From an uncultured Chloroflexia bacterium (lineage in GTDB: Bacteria; Chloroflexota; Ktedonobacteria; Ktedonobacterales; JADMIN01), in contig CAWIYP010000027.1 in the NCBI GenBank assembly GCA_963840335.1, positions 24,892-88,891 of the forward strand: 64,000 nt of DNA. The letters are read 5' to 3'. The first letter of the stretch is position 1. Every line of letters begins with the position of its first letter. Below the pieces are notes generated by a model, which searched no databases, was not told the DNA's origin, and saw only the letters and a program-made list of their open reading frames with translations. The position numbers and the translations under genes are program-made. Positions 32,584 to 42,368 of this stretch are shown in pieces.

Positions 32584-32777
32584 TGCAGCCATTACTTGAC
32601 ATAATGTTGACATTGCGTCAGTCTGCTTCTGCCTGTGACAGCCCTGTGTGCGCGGGTGGGCGGATGTGACAGGGGTGTGAGTGGCGCGCCATACGCTGCT
32701 GTACAGGAGCGGAGTTTCTGGCGCGATCTCGTGGGATGCGCGCGGAAGCGACCGATGAGGAAAGGAGTGGGTGCGCC

Positions 32778-33230
32778 ATGTTGAGCACACCACAGACACC
32801 ACTACCTGAGCAGCCGACGACGGGACAGGAGCAGGTTCAGCAGCCGATCCCAGCAACCGGTTCAGCAGCAGGCGCAGCAACCGATACCACAGACCGGTGC
32901 AGCAGCCGATACCGCAGGCGCCCATGCAGCAGCCGAATGTCTGGCAGCCGATGCCACCGATGGGCGGCTATGGGACAGTGGCGCCGCCGATCTCGCAGGC
33001 GAGCCTACCTGCAGCCGACGGGCGGGCAGCGGATGGGGCTGGCGATTGCCTCGCTGGCGCTGATGATCCCGCTGATCGCCATCGCGCTGGGGATCATGAC
33101 GAGCCTGATGCAATATGTCGCGTCGGGTGTCGCGATTACCGTGGGGGTCTTCGCGTTCACGCTGGTCTGTCTGACCGTCTTCGCCGTGAACCTCCTCTTC
33201 AATTGGGACGCCCTGCGCCGCCGACGGTAG
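32778..33230 (+). CDS. Gln/Pro-rich protein with two C-terminal TM helices; indels
   Basis: AAGGAG RBS; repeated VQQPIP; hydrophobic C-terminus. Confidence 0.65.
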   Translation: MLSTPQTPLPEQPTTGQEQVQQPIPATGSAAGAATDTTDRCSSRYRRRPCSSRMSGSRCHRWAAMGQWRRRSRRRAYLQPTGGQRMGLAIASLALMIPLIAIALGIMTSLMQYVASGVAITVGVFAFTLVCLTVFAVNLLFNWDALRRRR

Positions 33231-33529
33231 CCGACGGTAGCGCGGAATAGCCGGAGCGCCAGCGCGTACACGAGCGCTCTGCCAGCGCTCGAATATAGAG
33301 CGCCGCTATCGGAAGCGCACTTGTTCTTCCGCTGGCGGCGCATCCACTCCAGCGTCGTCACAATCATCCCTGCGTAGTGAGACGCGCGCTGAAGTCTTGC
33401 GCTGTGACCGCATGGTGATGCCGAGGTGGTATGCTGACAGTGTCGCGTGGCGGCGAGCGAGACAGGAGATGCGCGCCGCGGCCAGCGACGGACAGGATGC
33501 TGTGGAGCGCTCGCATCAGGGGATGTGAG

Positions 33530-33545
33530 TGTTTCACGTGAAACA
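33530..33545. other. parS site 1
   Basis: Perfect TGTTTCACGTGAAACA, intergenic. Confidence 0.93.
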
Positions 33546-33604
33546 GTCCCGCCCCGCCACCGTGGGAGGCGCCGCTCTCTCCCTCAGCGCGCCTGGCAGG
33601 TCGT

Positions 33605-35360
33605 GTGAAAAGAGGGCGCAGTGGACACAGATACGTCAACAGCCGCCGCGCAGGTGGCGTCGCAGGCGGCGCGAGCGATGAGGCCATCGCCACCACGCTC
33701 AGCGGCGCGGCGCTGCTGGGCAATCCCCGGCTGAACAAGGGCAGCGCGTTTCCGGAGGATGAGCGGACGGCGTTTCACCTGCATGGTTTGCTGCCGCCCG
33801 CCGTCATGACCATCGAGCAGCAGCTCACCCGCACCTACGAGAGCTTCCGCGCCAAGACGACCGACCTGGAGCGCTACATCTATCTGGCGTCACTCCACGA
33901 CCGCAACGAGACGTTATTCTTCCGCCTGCTGCAAGAGCACATCGCCGAGATGAGTCCGATCATCTACACGCCGACGGTCGGGCTGGCCTGCCAGAACTTC
34001 AGCCACATCTACCGCCGCCCCCACGGCCTCTACATCGCCTATGAGCGGCGCGACGCCATCGAGGAGATTCTGCGGGCGGCGCCTGTCCCCGACCCGCGCG
34101 TGATCGTCGTGACCGATGGCGAGCGCATCCTGGGGCTGGGCGATCTGGGCGTCGGCGGCATGCTCATCCCCATCGGCAAGCTCGCGCTCTACACGCTCTG
34201 CGCGGGCATCGCGCCCAGCACGACGCTGCCCATCATCCTCGACGCTGGCACAGACAACCAGCAGCTCCTCGCCGACCCGCTCTACCTCGGCTCGCGACAC
34301 GAGCGTGTACGCGGCCAGGAGTACGACGCCTTCGTGGATACCTTTGTCGCGGCGGTGAAGCGTGTCTACCCGCAGGCGGTGCTGCAATGGGAGGACTTCG
34401 CCCGCGACAATGCGCGGCGCCTGCTCGACCGCTACCGCGACCAACTCTGCACCTTCAACGACGACATCCAGGGGACGGCCGCCGTGACGGTGGCCGGGCT
34501 GCTGGCGGCGGCGGACGCGACGGGAACGCCACTGCGCGAGCAACGGGTGGTGTTCCTCGGCGCTGGCTCGGCTTCCACGGGCATCGCCGACCTGCTCATC
34601 ATGGCGATGGTGGAGGAGGGCGCGAGCGAGGCGGAGGCGCGCGGGCGCATCTGGCTGCTGGATCGCCACGGCCTCGTCCACAGCGGACGCGCGGACCTCG
34701 ACGCCGAGAAGGCCAGCTTCGCCCAGCCCGCATGGCCGCTGCCCGATGGCGCGACGCAGGGCTACGACCTGCTGGAGGTGGTGCGGCATGTCCGCCCGAC
34801 GATCCTGATCGGGGCGGCGGCGCGCAAGGGCGCCTTCAGCGAGGAGGTGGTGCGCGAGATGGCGCGGCACGTCCAGCGCCCGGTGATCTTCCCGCTCTCG
34901 AATCCGACGGAGAAGAGCGAGGCGACCCCCGCCGACCTGCTCCGCTGGACGGATGGGCGGGCGCTGGTCGCGACGGGCAGCCCCTTCGCCGATGTGGAGG
35001 TGGACGGGCGGCCCGTGCGTATCGGCCAGTGCAACAACATGTTCATCTTCCCCGGCATGGGGCTGGGCGTGCTGGCCTCTGGCGCGCGGCGTGTGACCGA
35101 TGGCATGTTCCTCGCGGCGGCGCGGGCGCTCAGCGCGGTGGCCCCCAGCCGGAGCGATCCGCAGGCGCCGCTGTACCCGCATGTGGCGGATGTGCGCGCG
35201 GCCTCGCGGACGGTGGCGCTGGCGGTGGCGCATGAGGCGCTGCGGGCAGGGCTGGGCCAGCTCGAAGGCGGCGCCAGCATCGAGCAGCGAGTGGATGCGC
35301 TGATGTGGGAGCCACGCTACCGCCCGCTGATCCGGCAAGAGGCGGTGGGGGAGGTGGAGA
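33605..35360 (+). CDS. maeA: NAD-dependent malic enzyme; both ends approximate, stop apparently lost so the ORF reads on to 35800
   Basis: [58 protein letters not shown]. Confidence 0.92.
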
Positions 35361-35368
35361 GGCACGCG

Positions 35369-35570
35369 GTCGCGGCCATGAAAGGCCGGAGCACGCGAAC
35401 GCGGCCTGAAGGCCGATACGGCACCACGATCTGGGGGATGGAGCCGCGGCCTGAAGCGGCAGGTGGCTTGGACGCGGCCCTGCAGGTCGATCCCGACGCA
35501 CGACTGTGGCCGCGCCTCCAGGGGCTTCAGCCCCATCGTCCCGCATCGCGCCGCCTTTCAAGGCCGCGAC
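35369..35570. repeat. REP/REPIN-like palindromic element, copy B (inverted relative to copy A)
   Basis: GTCGCGGCCATGAAAGGCCGGAGCACGCGAACGCGGCCTGAAGGCCGA ... GGGGCTTCAGCCCC ... TTTCAAGGCCGCGAC. Confidence 0.72.
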
Positions 35571-35581
35571 CTCTCACCCAC

Positions 35582-35620
35582 AACAAAAAGCGGCAGCCAG
35601 CGATGGACTGGCTGCCGCTT
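35582..35620 (-). terminator. Intrinsic terminator after tRNA-Lys
   Basis: AAGCGGCAGCCAG / CTGGCTGCCGCTT stem followed by a T-rich tract on the minus strand. Confidence 0.85.
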
Positions 35621-35624
35621 GCGG

Positions 35625-35696
35625 TGAGGCCGGTGGGATTTGAACCCACGACACGAGGCTTAAAAGGCCCCTGCTCTGCCCCTGAGCTACGGCCCC
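35625..35696 (-). tRNA. tRNA-Lys (TTT); CCA not encoded
   Basis: GGGGCCG TA GCTC..GAGC A GGGGC CT-TTT-AA GCCTC .. GTGGG TTCAAAT CCCAC CGGCCTC A. Confidence 0.96.
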
Positions 35697-35788
35697 TCAG
35701 TGGGGGAAGCGACGATATTGTATCACCTGCGCCACTGTCGCCGCCAGTAAGCCAGGCGACTACAATTGCTCGTGGTGGTTTTGCCCGG

Positions 35789-35804
35789 TGTTTCACGTGA
35801 AACA
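35789..35804. other. parS site 2
   Basis: Perfect TGTTTCACGTGAAACA, intergenic. Confidence 0.93.
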
Positions 35805-35837
35805 CTTCCCCTATCGACGTGGCGTCGTCGGGATACG

Positions 35838-36985
35838 CTAGCGCTGTGAAGCCGCCGCGAGCGCCTGGTCGAGGTCTTCGATCAGGTCGTCGGGATGCTC
35901 CAGGCCGATGGAGAGTCGGAGCAGGTTCTGCGGCGTGCGCGACTCTGGCCCCTCGATGCTGGCGCGATGCTCGATCAGGCTCTCGACGCCGCCGAGGCTC
36001 GTCGCGCGGGTGAAGACGCGCGTGTGCGCCGCCACCGCCAGCGCCGTCTCCGCGCCGCCGTGCGTCTGAATCGAGAGCATCCCACCGAAGAGCGCCATCT
36101 GCCGCGCCGCGATCTGCGTGGCCGGGGTGGTCGGGCAGGCCGGGATAGTGGACGGCGGCGACGGCGGGATGCGCCGCCAGGAAGCGCGCCACCGCCTGCG
36201 CATGCTCCGTGTGGCCGCGCATGCGGTAGGCCAGCGTGCGGACGCCGCGCATGGTGAGCCAGCTATCGAAGGGAGCGAGGACGCCGCCGACGCTGCCCTG
36301 AATCTGCCGGACGCGCGCGAACCGCTCATCGTCCTTCCGCGCGATGACCGCGCCACCCAGCGTGTCGCTATGCCCGCCGAGGTACTTCGTGGTCGAGTGG
36401 ACGACGAGGTCAGCGCCCTGCTCCAGGGGTCGCTGCCCGACGGGAGTCGCCCAGGTGTTGTCGGCCACCAGCGATCGCGCCTGCGCCATGCGCTAGCGCC
36501 GCGACGCCCGCGACATCGGTGATCTTCAGCAGCGGATTGGAGGGCGTCTCGATCCAGATGAGGCGGGTGTTGGGACGCAGCGCCGCCGCCACCGCCTCCA
36601 GGTCGCTCATGTCCACGAAGTCGAACGCCAGCCCCCAGGGGCCAAAGACCGTGCGCAACTGTTTCGCTGTGCCGTGGTAGACATCGCTGGGCGCCAGCAC
36701 ATGGTCGCCGGGCGCGAGCGACTGGAGGACCGCCGCCGTCGCCGCCGAGCCAGACGCGAACGCCGCCGCCTCAGCTACATCCTCGGCCCCAGCCTCCAGC
36801 GCCGCGAGCAGTCGCTCCAGCGCGTTGCGGGTGGGGTTCTCGGTGCGGATGTAGATGTAGCCGTGGGGATAGGTTCCATCGGGCGCGCGCTCGAAGGTGG
36901 TCGCGAGGTGCAGCGGTGGCGTCACCGCGCCCGTCGCGGGATCGCTCTCATGGTCAGCGTGAATCGCCAGTGTCTCGAATCGCAT
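35838..36985 (-). CDS. Cys/Met metabolism PLP enzyme (cystathionine gamma-synthase/lyase family); indels
   Basis: FETLAIH, YIRTENPT, IETPSNP, DNT, HSTTKYLGGHSD, SLGGVESL, RLSIGLE. Confidence 0.9.
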
Positions 36986-37025
36986 CTCGTCAACCTCCTC
37001 GCGCCGTTCGCGCCTGGTCACTCAG

Positions 37026-37430
37026 CTAGTCATCCGCCGAGCGCTCCCAGAAGCGTCGCAGCAGCAGATTCACCTTCAAGATACGCAGGGCAAGGGCCAG
37101 CGCCAGCAGCGCGTTCAGCGGCGCGATCAGCCGTATAGTTCCGTGCGCCTGACGGCTGAGCGCCCAGCGCGAGCGCGCCCCAGAAGGCCAGCCCCGCAGC
37201 CGCGAGCAACTGGGGTGAGGGATTGTTTCTCGTGCTCCAGCGCCTGCCGCAGCGCCTCATACTGGCGCAGCGCCCACTGGCTTTCGGGGTCGCCGCGTCC
37301 ACTGGCGGCCCGCGCCCGGCGCAGGGTATCGGGCAGGCTATGCTCACCGGGAAGCTCGGTCGCGCGGCAGAACGCCCGCCAGACGGCGCCAGGCGCGCCC
37401 ACCACCGCTCCCAGGCTCGCGCTTCAACAT
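37026..37430 (-). CDS. Hypothetical small membrane protein; indels
   Basis: AGAGGA RBS; joined frames give LLAAAGLAFWGALAL and LIAPLNALLALALALRILKVNLLL helices. Confidence 0.5.
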
Positions 37431-37509
37431 GACGCATTCCTCTGAAATCTTGCCGCATACGATCACTTCACCAGTGGACGAAGTAGCGCACAGGTGTGAT
37501 GCGCTGGGG

Positions 37510-38244
37510 CTAGCCCTCGCGGCAGGCCTGCGCGAAGGCGGTGAAGAGGCGCCGACTCAACTCGTCCGTCGCTACAAGCTCCTCGGGATGATACTGCACG
37601 GCGACGGCGAACCGCTGGTCGGGTAGCTCCATGCCCTCGGCGACGCCATCGCTCGACCACGCCACGATACGCGCCGAGGCCCCTGGACGCTTCACGGACT
37701 GGTGGTGCAGGCTGTTCACCTGAAGCTCCGTCGCGCCGAGAATCTCGCCCAGGCGTGAGTCGCGCTCGACGAGGACGCTGTGCGCGCGATAGTCGCGGGG
37801 CATCTCGCTGTGCGCGTGCGGCGCGGCGCCCGGCTGCAAGGCCTCGATATCCTGATAGAGCGTGCCGCCAATCGCGACGTTGAGGGTCTGCATGCCCCGG
37901 CAGATGCCCAGGATCGGCAGGTCGCGACGCAGGGCCATATCGGTCAGCGCCAGCTCCAGTTCGTCGCGCTCCGGCTCGATGTGGCCGCACTCCGGGATGC
38001 GCGCCTCACCGTAGCGGGCGGGGTCAATGTCGGCGCCGCCAGGGAGGAGCAGGCCATCGAGACGCGCGCAGAGCGCTTCGAGCGCCGCCGTGGAGAGGCC
38101 GGGGGGAATCAGGAGAGGGGTCGCGCCCTCCGCGATCAGGGCATTGGCATAGGTTTGATTGACGCCATAGATGGGGCGATGGGTTCCCGTTAACGCGCCG
38201 CTAAAGCAGGGCACGCCGATCAGTGGCGCCGCTCCAGCTCGCAT
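37510..38244 (-). CDS. Gamma-glutamyl-GABA hydrolase family (peptidase C26, PuuD-like)
   Basis: LLPGGADIDP, GICRGMQ, VNSLHHQ, QYHPE. Confidence 0.92.
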   Translation of the reverse strand: MRAGAAPLIGVPCFSGALTGTHRPIYGVNQTYANALIAEGATPLLIPPGLSTAALEALCARLDGLLLPGGADIDPARYGEARIPECGHIEPERDELELALTDMALRRDLPILGICRGMQTLNVAIGGTLYQDIEALQPGAAPHAHSEMPRDYRAHSVLVERDSRLGEILGATELQVNSLHHQSVKRPGASARIVAWSSDGVAEGMELPDQRFAVAVQYHPEELVATDELSRRLFTAFAQACREG

Positions 38245-38284
38245 GGTTCCACTCTCTCGCGCGTCTGGATGAATGCCTGACTCG

Positions 38285-38452
38285 CTAGACGCCAACACCC
38301 GCCGACGCCTCGTCCACCGCGCCCTGCGGAGCGCCCGCTACTGTCGCGGATTCCTCCGCCCGCGCCTCTTCACTCTTCCCAGAGAATACTGTTAAAATCG
38401 CTATAACGCCAAACCAGCCCAATAACATGCTCAAGACGATCGTGCCCATCAT
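38285..38452 (-). CDS. Putative 55-aa single-TM small protein (below the ORF-track cutoff)
   Basis: MMGTIVLSMLLGWFGVIAILTVFSGKSEEARAEESATVAGAPQGAVDEASAGVGV*; AAGGGG upstream. Confidence 0.6.
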   Translation of the reverse strand: MMGTIVLSMLLGWFGVIAILTVFSGKSEEARAEESATVAGAPQGAVDEASAGVGV

Positions 38453-38657
38453 CCGGCGCAACCCCTTACAGTGGACAGCATCAGAGAGACAGCATCAATA
38501 ACTGTGTAGACGGCCCATCCCTGGGTGACGCTATGCGCCATGCCCTGAGGAAAGGTATTCAAAACTGGCAACGGGCGCCCCCCGTCCCAGTAACGGACGC
38601 CGGGACGTTCATGCGTCCCATGCGCTCATGGCGCACACACGGCGCAGACCGCTCCTA

Positions 38658-38673
38658 TGTTTCACGTGAAACA
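38658..38673. other. parS site 3
   Basis: Perfect TGTTTCACGTGAAACA, intergenic. Confidence 0.93.
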
Positions 38674-38689
38674 CAGTGATGCGCAGACA

Positions 38690-40136
38690 CTAGTGGTGGT
38701 GAGTAGAACGGCCACCTCCCCGGTCGCGATCTGAGCGCAAGACATGTATATGCGACTCCGGCGCATAACGGAAAGCTGTGGCGGATGGCGGCGCCGCGCG
38801 GGTGTGGCGAGGCTCCGGCGCTGTGAAGCGCGCGCTTGGGCCAGCGCTCTCCGGTCGCGGCTGCTCATCAAGCTCCAGCGCGAGCGGCTGCGAGACCCGT
38901 GTCGGATCCGTCGCATCCGCCAGCGCCGCGCCATCAGGAGATCGCAGCACACGCGCCTCGCGGGGACGTCGCTGCGGCATATCCTCCAGCACCGGAACGA
39001 TCTTCACCGGCGGCGCGGATGGCAGCGCTTCTATCGGCGTGGGTTGCGTCGTGGCCTTCAGTGGCACTGGGCGGCGCGACAGGCGCGACGATGGGCGCCA
39101 CTGGAGCGGCCTGCGCGGTGCGAGACACCGACGCCACCTGGGGAACTGGCTCATAGCGTGTCACACGGCGGGCCAGCCAGCGATGCAGGGTATGGACGAA
39201 GAGCGTGGGCTGGTCGAGAAACACCGTCTCGCCCGCATTCGCGATCACTTCCAGGTCGGCGCGCGGGTTCAGCGCGACCAGCCCCTCCATCGCATCCAGC
39301 GGGCGCTGCGGGTCGCGGGCGCCGACGATGATCAGTGTGGGCGTGCGCATCAGCGGAAAGACCTGACGTATTGGCAGATCAAGCTCGCCCGTCAACAGCG
39401 CGAGCGCGGCATACTCGCCACCGAACTGGTGCGCGCTGGCGTAGAGATGGTCGATGGTCTGCTCGTCAACCTCCATCGGCCCCACGGCGCTGCGCCGACT
39501 CGCCGCGAGACGCAGCGCGGGGCGCAGGGTGAGGATGGCGTAAGGGGTGACGCCCAGCGACACCTTCTGGAAGAGACGCGCGACCGTCTGGCCCAGCGTC
39601 GGCTCAGGATGCGTCCCCAGCTCCGCATCTGGCGCGACCAGCGTGAGGCGGTCGAAGAGCGCGGGCGTGTCGGTGGCGACCCGAGCGGCGATGTTGGCCG
39701 CGCGCCCATACGCGACGACCGCCGCTGGCGCCTTGACGACATCGCGCAGGAATCCTGTTAGCATCGCGGCATAGAACTCGCCCGTGTGGCTGAGCGCGGG
39801 GCGCTCCGACATCCCGAAGCCCAGCCAGTCTGGCGCATAGACGCGATGCGTCTCGGCCAGGCGCGCGAAGATAGCGTGATATTCATAGTTGGAGGCGCCA
39901 GGGTAGAAGCCGTGGAGCAGCACGACGGGGCGGGCGTCCACTGGCCCGGCGACGGTGTAATACATCTCGCCGCCATGCGCCCGATCAACGCGCCCTTCGC
40001 CCGGCAGTCCATTTTCGAGCGGCTGCGGTGTCATCAGCAGATGGCGCGCCGTCACCAGCGCCGCCCCACCCGCCAGACCAATCCCAGCCAGCGCCGCGCC
40101 ACGCCAGAGCGTGCGCGCCACACGCATTGGTCGCAT
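38690..40136 (-). CDS. Alpha/beta fold hydrolase-like protein with a Pro-rich tail; probable indel near 39060
   Basis: VVLLHG and VYAPDWLGFGMS; nucleophile elbow degenerate (AYGRAA); GGAGG RBS. Confidence 0.8.
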
Positions 40137-40423
40137 CGTCCTCCGTCCTTCCCATCTCTCGCCGCCCGCGTCTCCGCTAGATAATCGCACTCTAGCGCCA
40201 CTCACCGCACACTCCGGGCCAGAGCCACACGCGACGCGGCAATCTTCGCATATCCAGACGAGTCAGCGAGCGCTCTGGCGACACTTTCACCCACCCAGCC
40301 GGACAGGGCGCAGGTGGTAGAATCTCATCACTACCGCGGACGAACTTCGCTTGTCCGCGGTCCTTGATACCACGACCACCAACGGCGGCGCTGTCAGCCG
40401 CCTGTTCAATGAGGACATCCACC

Positions 40424-41327
40424 ATGCGTCTCATCTCCACCCTCGACGAGCTACGTCACGCGCGCCTCGACTGGGTTCGGCGGGGCAGTGTCGGCCTCAT
40501 CCCGACGATGGGCTATCTGCATGCGGGGCATCTCTCGCATGCCCGCGCCGCACGCGCCGAGAATGATACGGTCGTCGTCAGCATCTTCGTGAACCCGACG
40601 CAGTTTGGCCCCCACGAGGATCTGGCGCGCTATCCCCGCAACCTGCCCCGCGACATGGAACTGCTCGCCGATGCCCAGGTTGACGCGATCTTCGCGCCCG
40701 AGGCGGCGGAGATGTATCCGTCAGGCTTCGCGACCTGGGTCGAGCCAAACGGCCCGCTCACCGAGAATCTCGAAGGCGCGCGACGACCGGGGCATTTTCG
40801 CGGCGTCGCGACGGTGGTCGCCAAGCTGCTGCTGCTGATCTGTCCGGAGCGCGTCTACTTCGGCCAGAAGGATGCGCAGCAGGTCGCCGTCGTCCGTCGC
40901 ATGATCGCCGACCTCAACATCCCCGTGGAGCTGCGGGTCGGCTCGACTGTACGCGAGGCGGATGGCCTGGCGATGAGCAGCCGCAACGTCTACCTGAAAG
41001 GCCCTGAGCGTGCGGCGGCAACGATCCTCTATCGCGCGCTGCTGGCGGGCCGCGACGCGCTCGATGTCGCACTACGCATGCCAGCGCCTCCCAGCCGATG
41101 TGACAGCGGACATCGAGCGACTGATGGCGGAGGTAGTCGCGACTGAGCCGCTGGCCACGCTCGACTACGCCGCGCTCTGCGACCCCGACACTTGCGCGCC
41201 GCTCACCACGCTCCAGGCGCCCGCGCTGCTCGCCATCGCCGCGCGGGTCGGCGCGACCCGCCTGATCGACAACCTGCCGCTCCACGCCGACGGCGTATGG
41301 GATCTCGGCATCACCAGCGAAGACTGA
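40424..41327 (+). CDS. panC: Pantoate--beta-alanine ligase; indel near 41085
   Basis: PTMGYLHAGH, SIFVNPTQF, RPGHFRGV, FGQKDAQQ, GLAMSSRN, TRLIDN. Confidence 0.96.
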
Positions 41328-41353
41328 ACGCGATCCCCCGGTCAGTGACAAAA

Positions 41354-41395
41354 GCGAAGCGTCCGATGTTTCACGTGAAACATCGGACGCTTCGC
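41354..41395. other. parS site 4 (41367-41382) at the centre of a perfect 42-bp palindrome
   Basis: GCGAAGCGTCCGA-TGTTTCACGTGAAACA-TCGGACGCTTCGC between convergent panC and lepB. Confidence 0.93.
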
Positions 41396-41424
41396 GCATC
41401 TGTGGCGCATGCGGGAACCGCGCG

Positions 41425-42039
41425 CTATGGCGCTGGGACGCTGGCGAAGATGCTCGACCAGTTCGTCAGAATATGCGCCTGCGTGATGGGCCAGTAGACA
41501 AACTCGGCCCTGCCGATGATGTCGGACGCCGGAACCGGCCCCCATGCGCGCGAGTCGGAGCTATCGCCACGGTTATCGCCCAGAACGAAATACTCGCCTG
41601 CTGTCAGCTTCCAGGTTTCGGGGCCATAGATGTTGGTGAGGTCGTTCGTATACGGCTCTGTCAGCTTGACACCGTCAACGCTGACGATTCCAGAGTCGGT
41701 GATGGTGACCGTGTCACCTGGCACCCCAATGACCCGCTTCACAAAGTCTTTGGAGGGATTCTTTGGGTAGCGGAAGACAATCACATCGCCACGACTCGGC
41801 CCATGGAAAAAGTAGTCCGCTTTGTTCACCAGGATGTATTGGGTATTGAGCAGGGTCGGCGTCATGCTGGGGCCGTCAACCTGGTAGTTCTGGACAAAGA
41901 CACGCGCGATCAGAAAGACCAGCATCGTGATGATCGCCACTTCCAGGGTATCGAGCAATAAGCGCCCGGCCCACCCTTCGCCCTGCTCGTCCTGGTAATT
42001 ATAGGTCTCATCACGAGACGCCACACTGCCGCGCGCCAT
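41425..42039 (-). CDS. lepB: Signal peptidase I
   Basis: GPSMTPTL, FVKRVIGVPGD, GDNRGDSSDSR. Confidence 0.95.
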   Translation of the reverse strand: MARGSVASRDETYNYQDEQGEGWAGRLLLDTLEVAIITMLVFLIARVFVQNYQVDGPSMTPTLLNTQYILVNKADYFFHGPSRGDVIVFRYPKNPSKDFVKRVIGVPGDTVTITDSGIVSVDGVKLTEPYTNDLTNIYGPETWKLTAGEYFVLGDNRGDSSDSRAWGPVPASDIIGRAEFVYWPITQAHILTNWSSIFASVPAP

Positions 42040-42368
42040 CTAATTGTCCTTCTCGCTCGCCATTGTCCGTCTCTCAATGACACTATACTGACCTGGCCCC
42101 CAATGCGCAAATACCGCCGCCGTCTCTACCACGCGCCAGGCGAGAGGTCCTGTCCGTCATGACGCATCGCGCCCACGCTTCGTATCAATACCAGGCGGTA
42201 TACCGCGCATGGATAGCGCCGAGACGACACGCCAGACGGATAACTTCAATTGTAGGCGCTGGCGACTGATGATAGAATAACCTGCGACCTGCCATGTCGC
42301 AGACCCCAAGATGAGCGCGGCGGTGAACCAGAGCCTCGGCGCCCGCCGGAGACGGAGGATAGACGACC

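Noticed and set aside
35625-35696. tRNA-Lys as an integration site
   Set aside because: No integrase and no duplicated tRNA 3' end were seen in the window.
35360-35800. C-terminal extension of malic enzyme (731-aa ORF)
   Set aside because: The extension runs through a REP-like element, a terminator, antisense tRNA-Lys and parS; the natural stop was probably lost to an indel.
40338-40407. Two hairpins upstream of panC as the pan RNA motif
   Set aside because: Stems are present, but I cannot match them to the pan motif consensus by eye; an Infernal search is needed.
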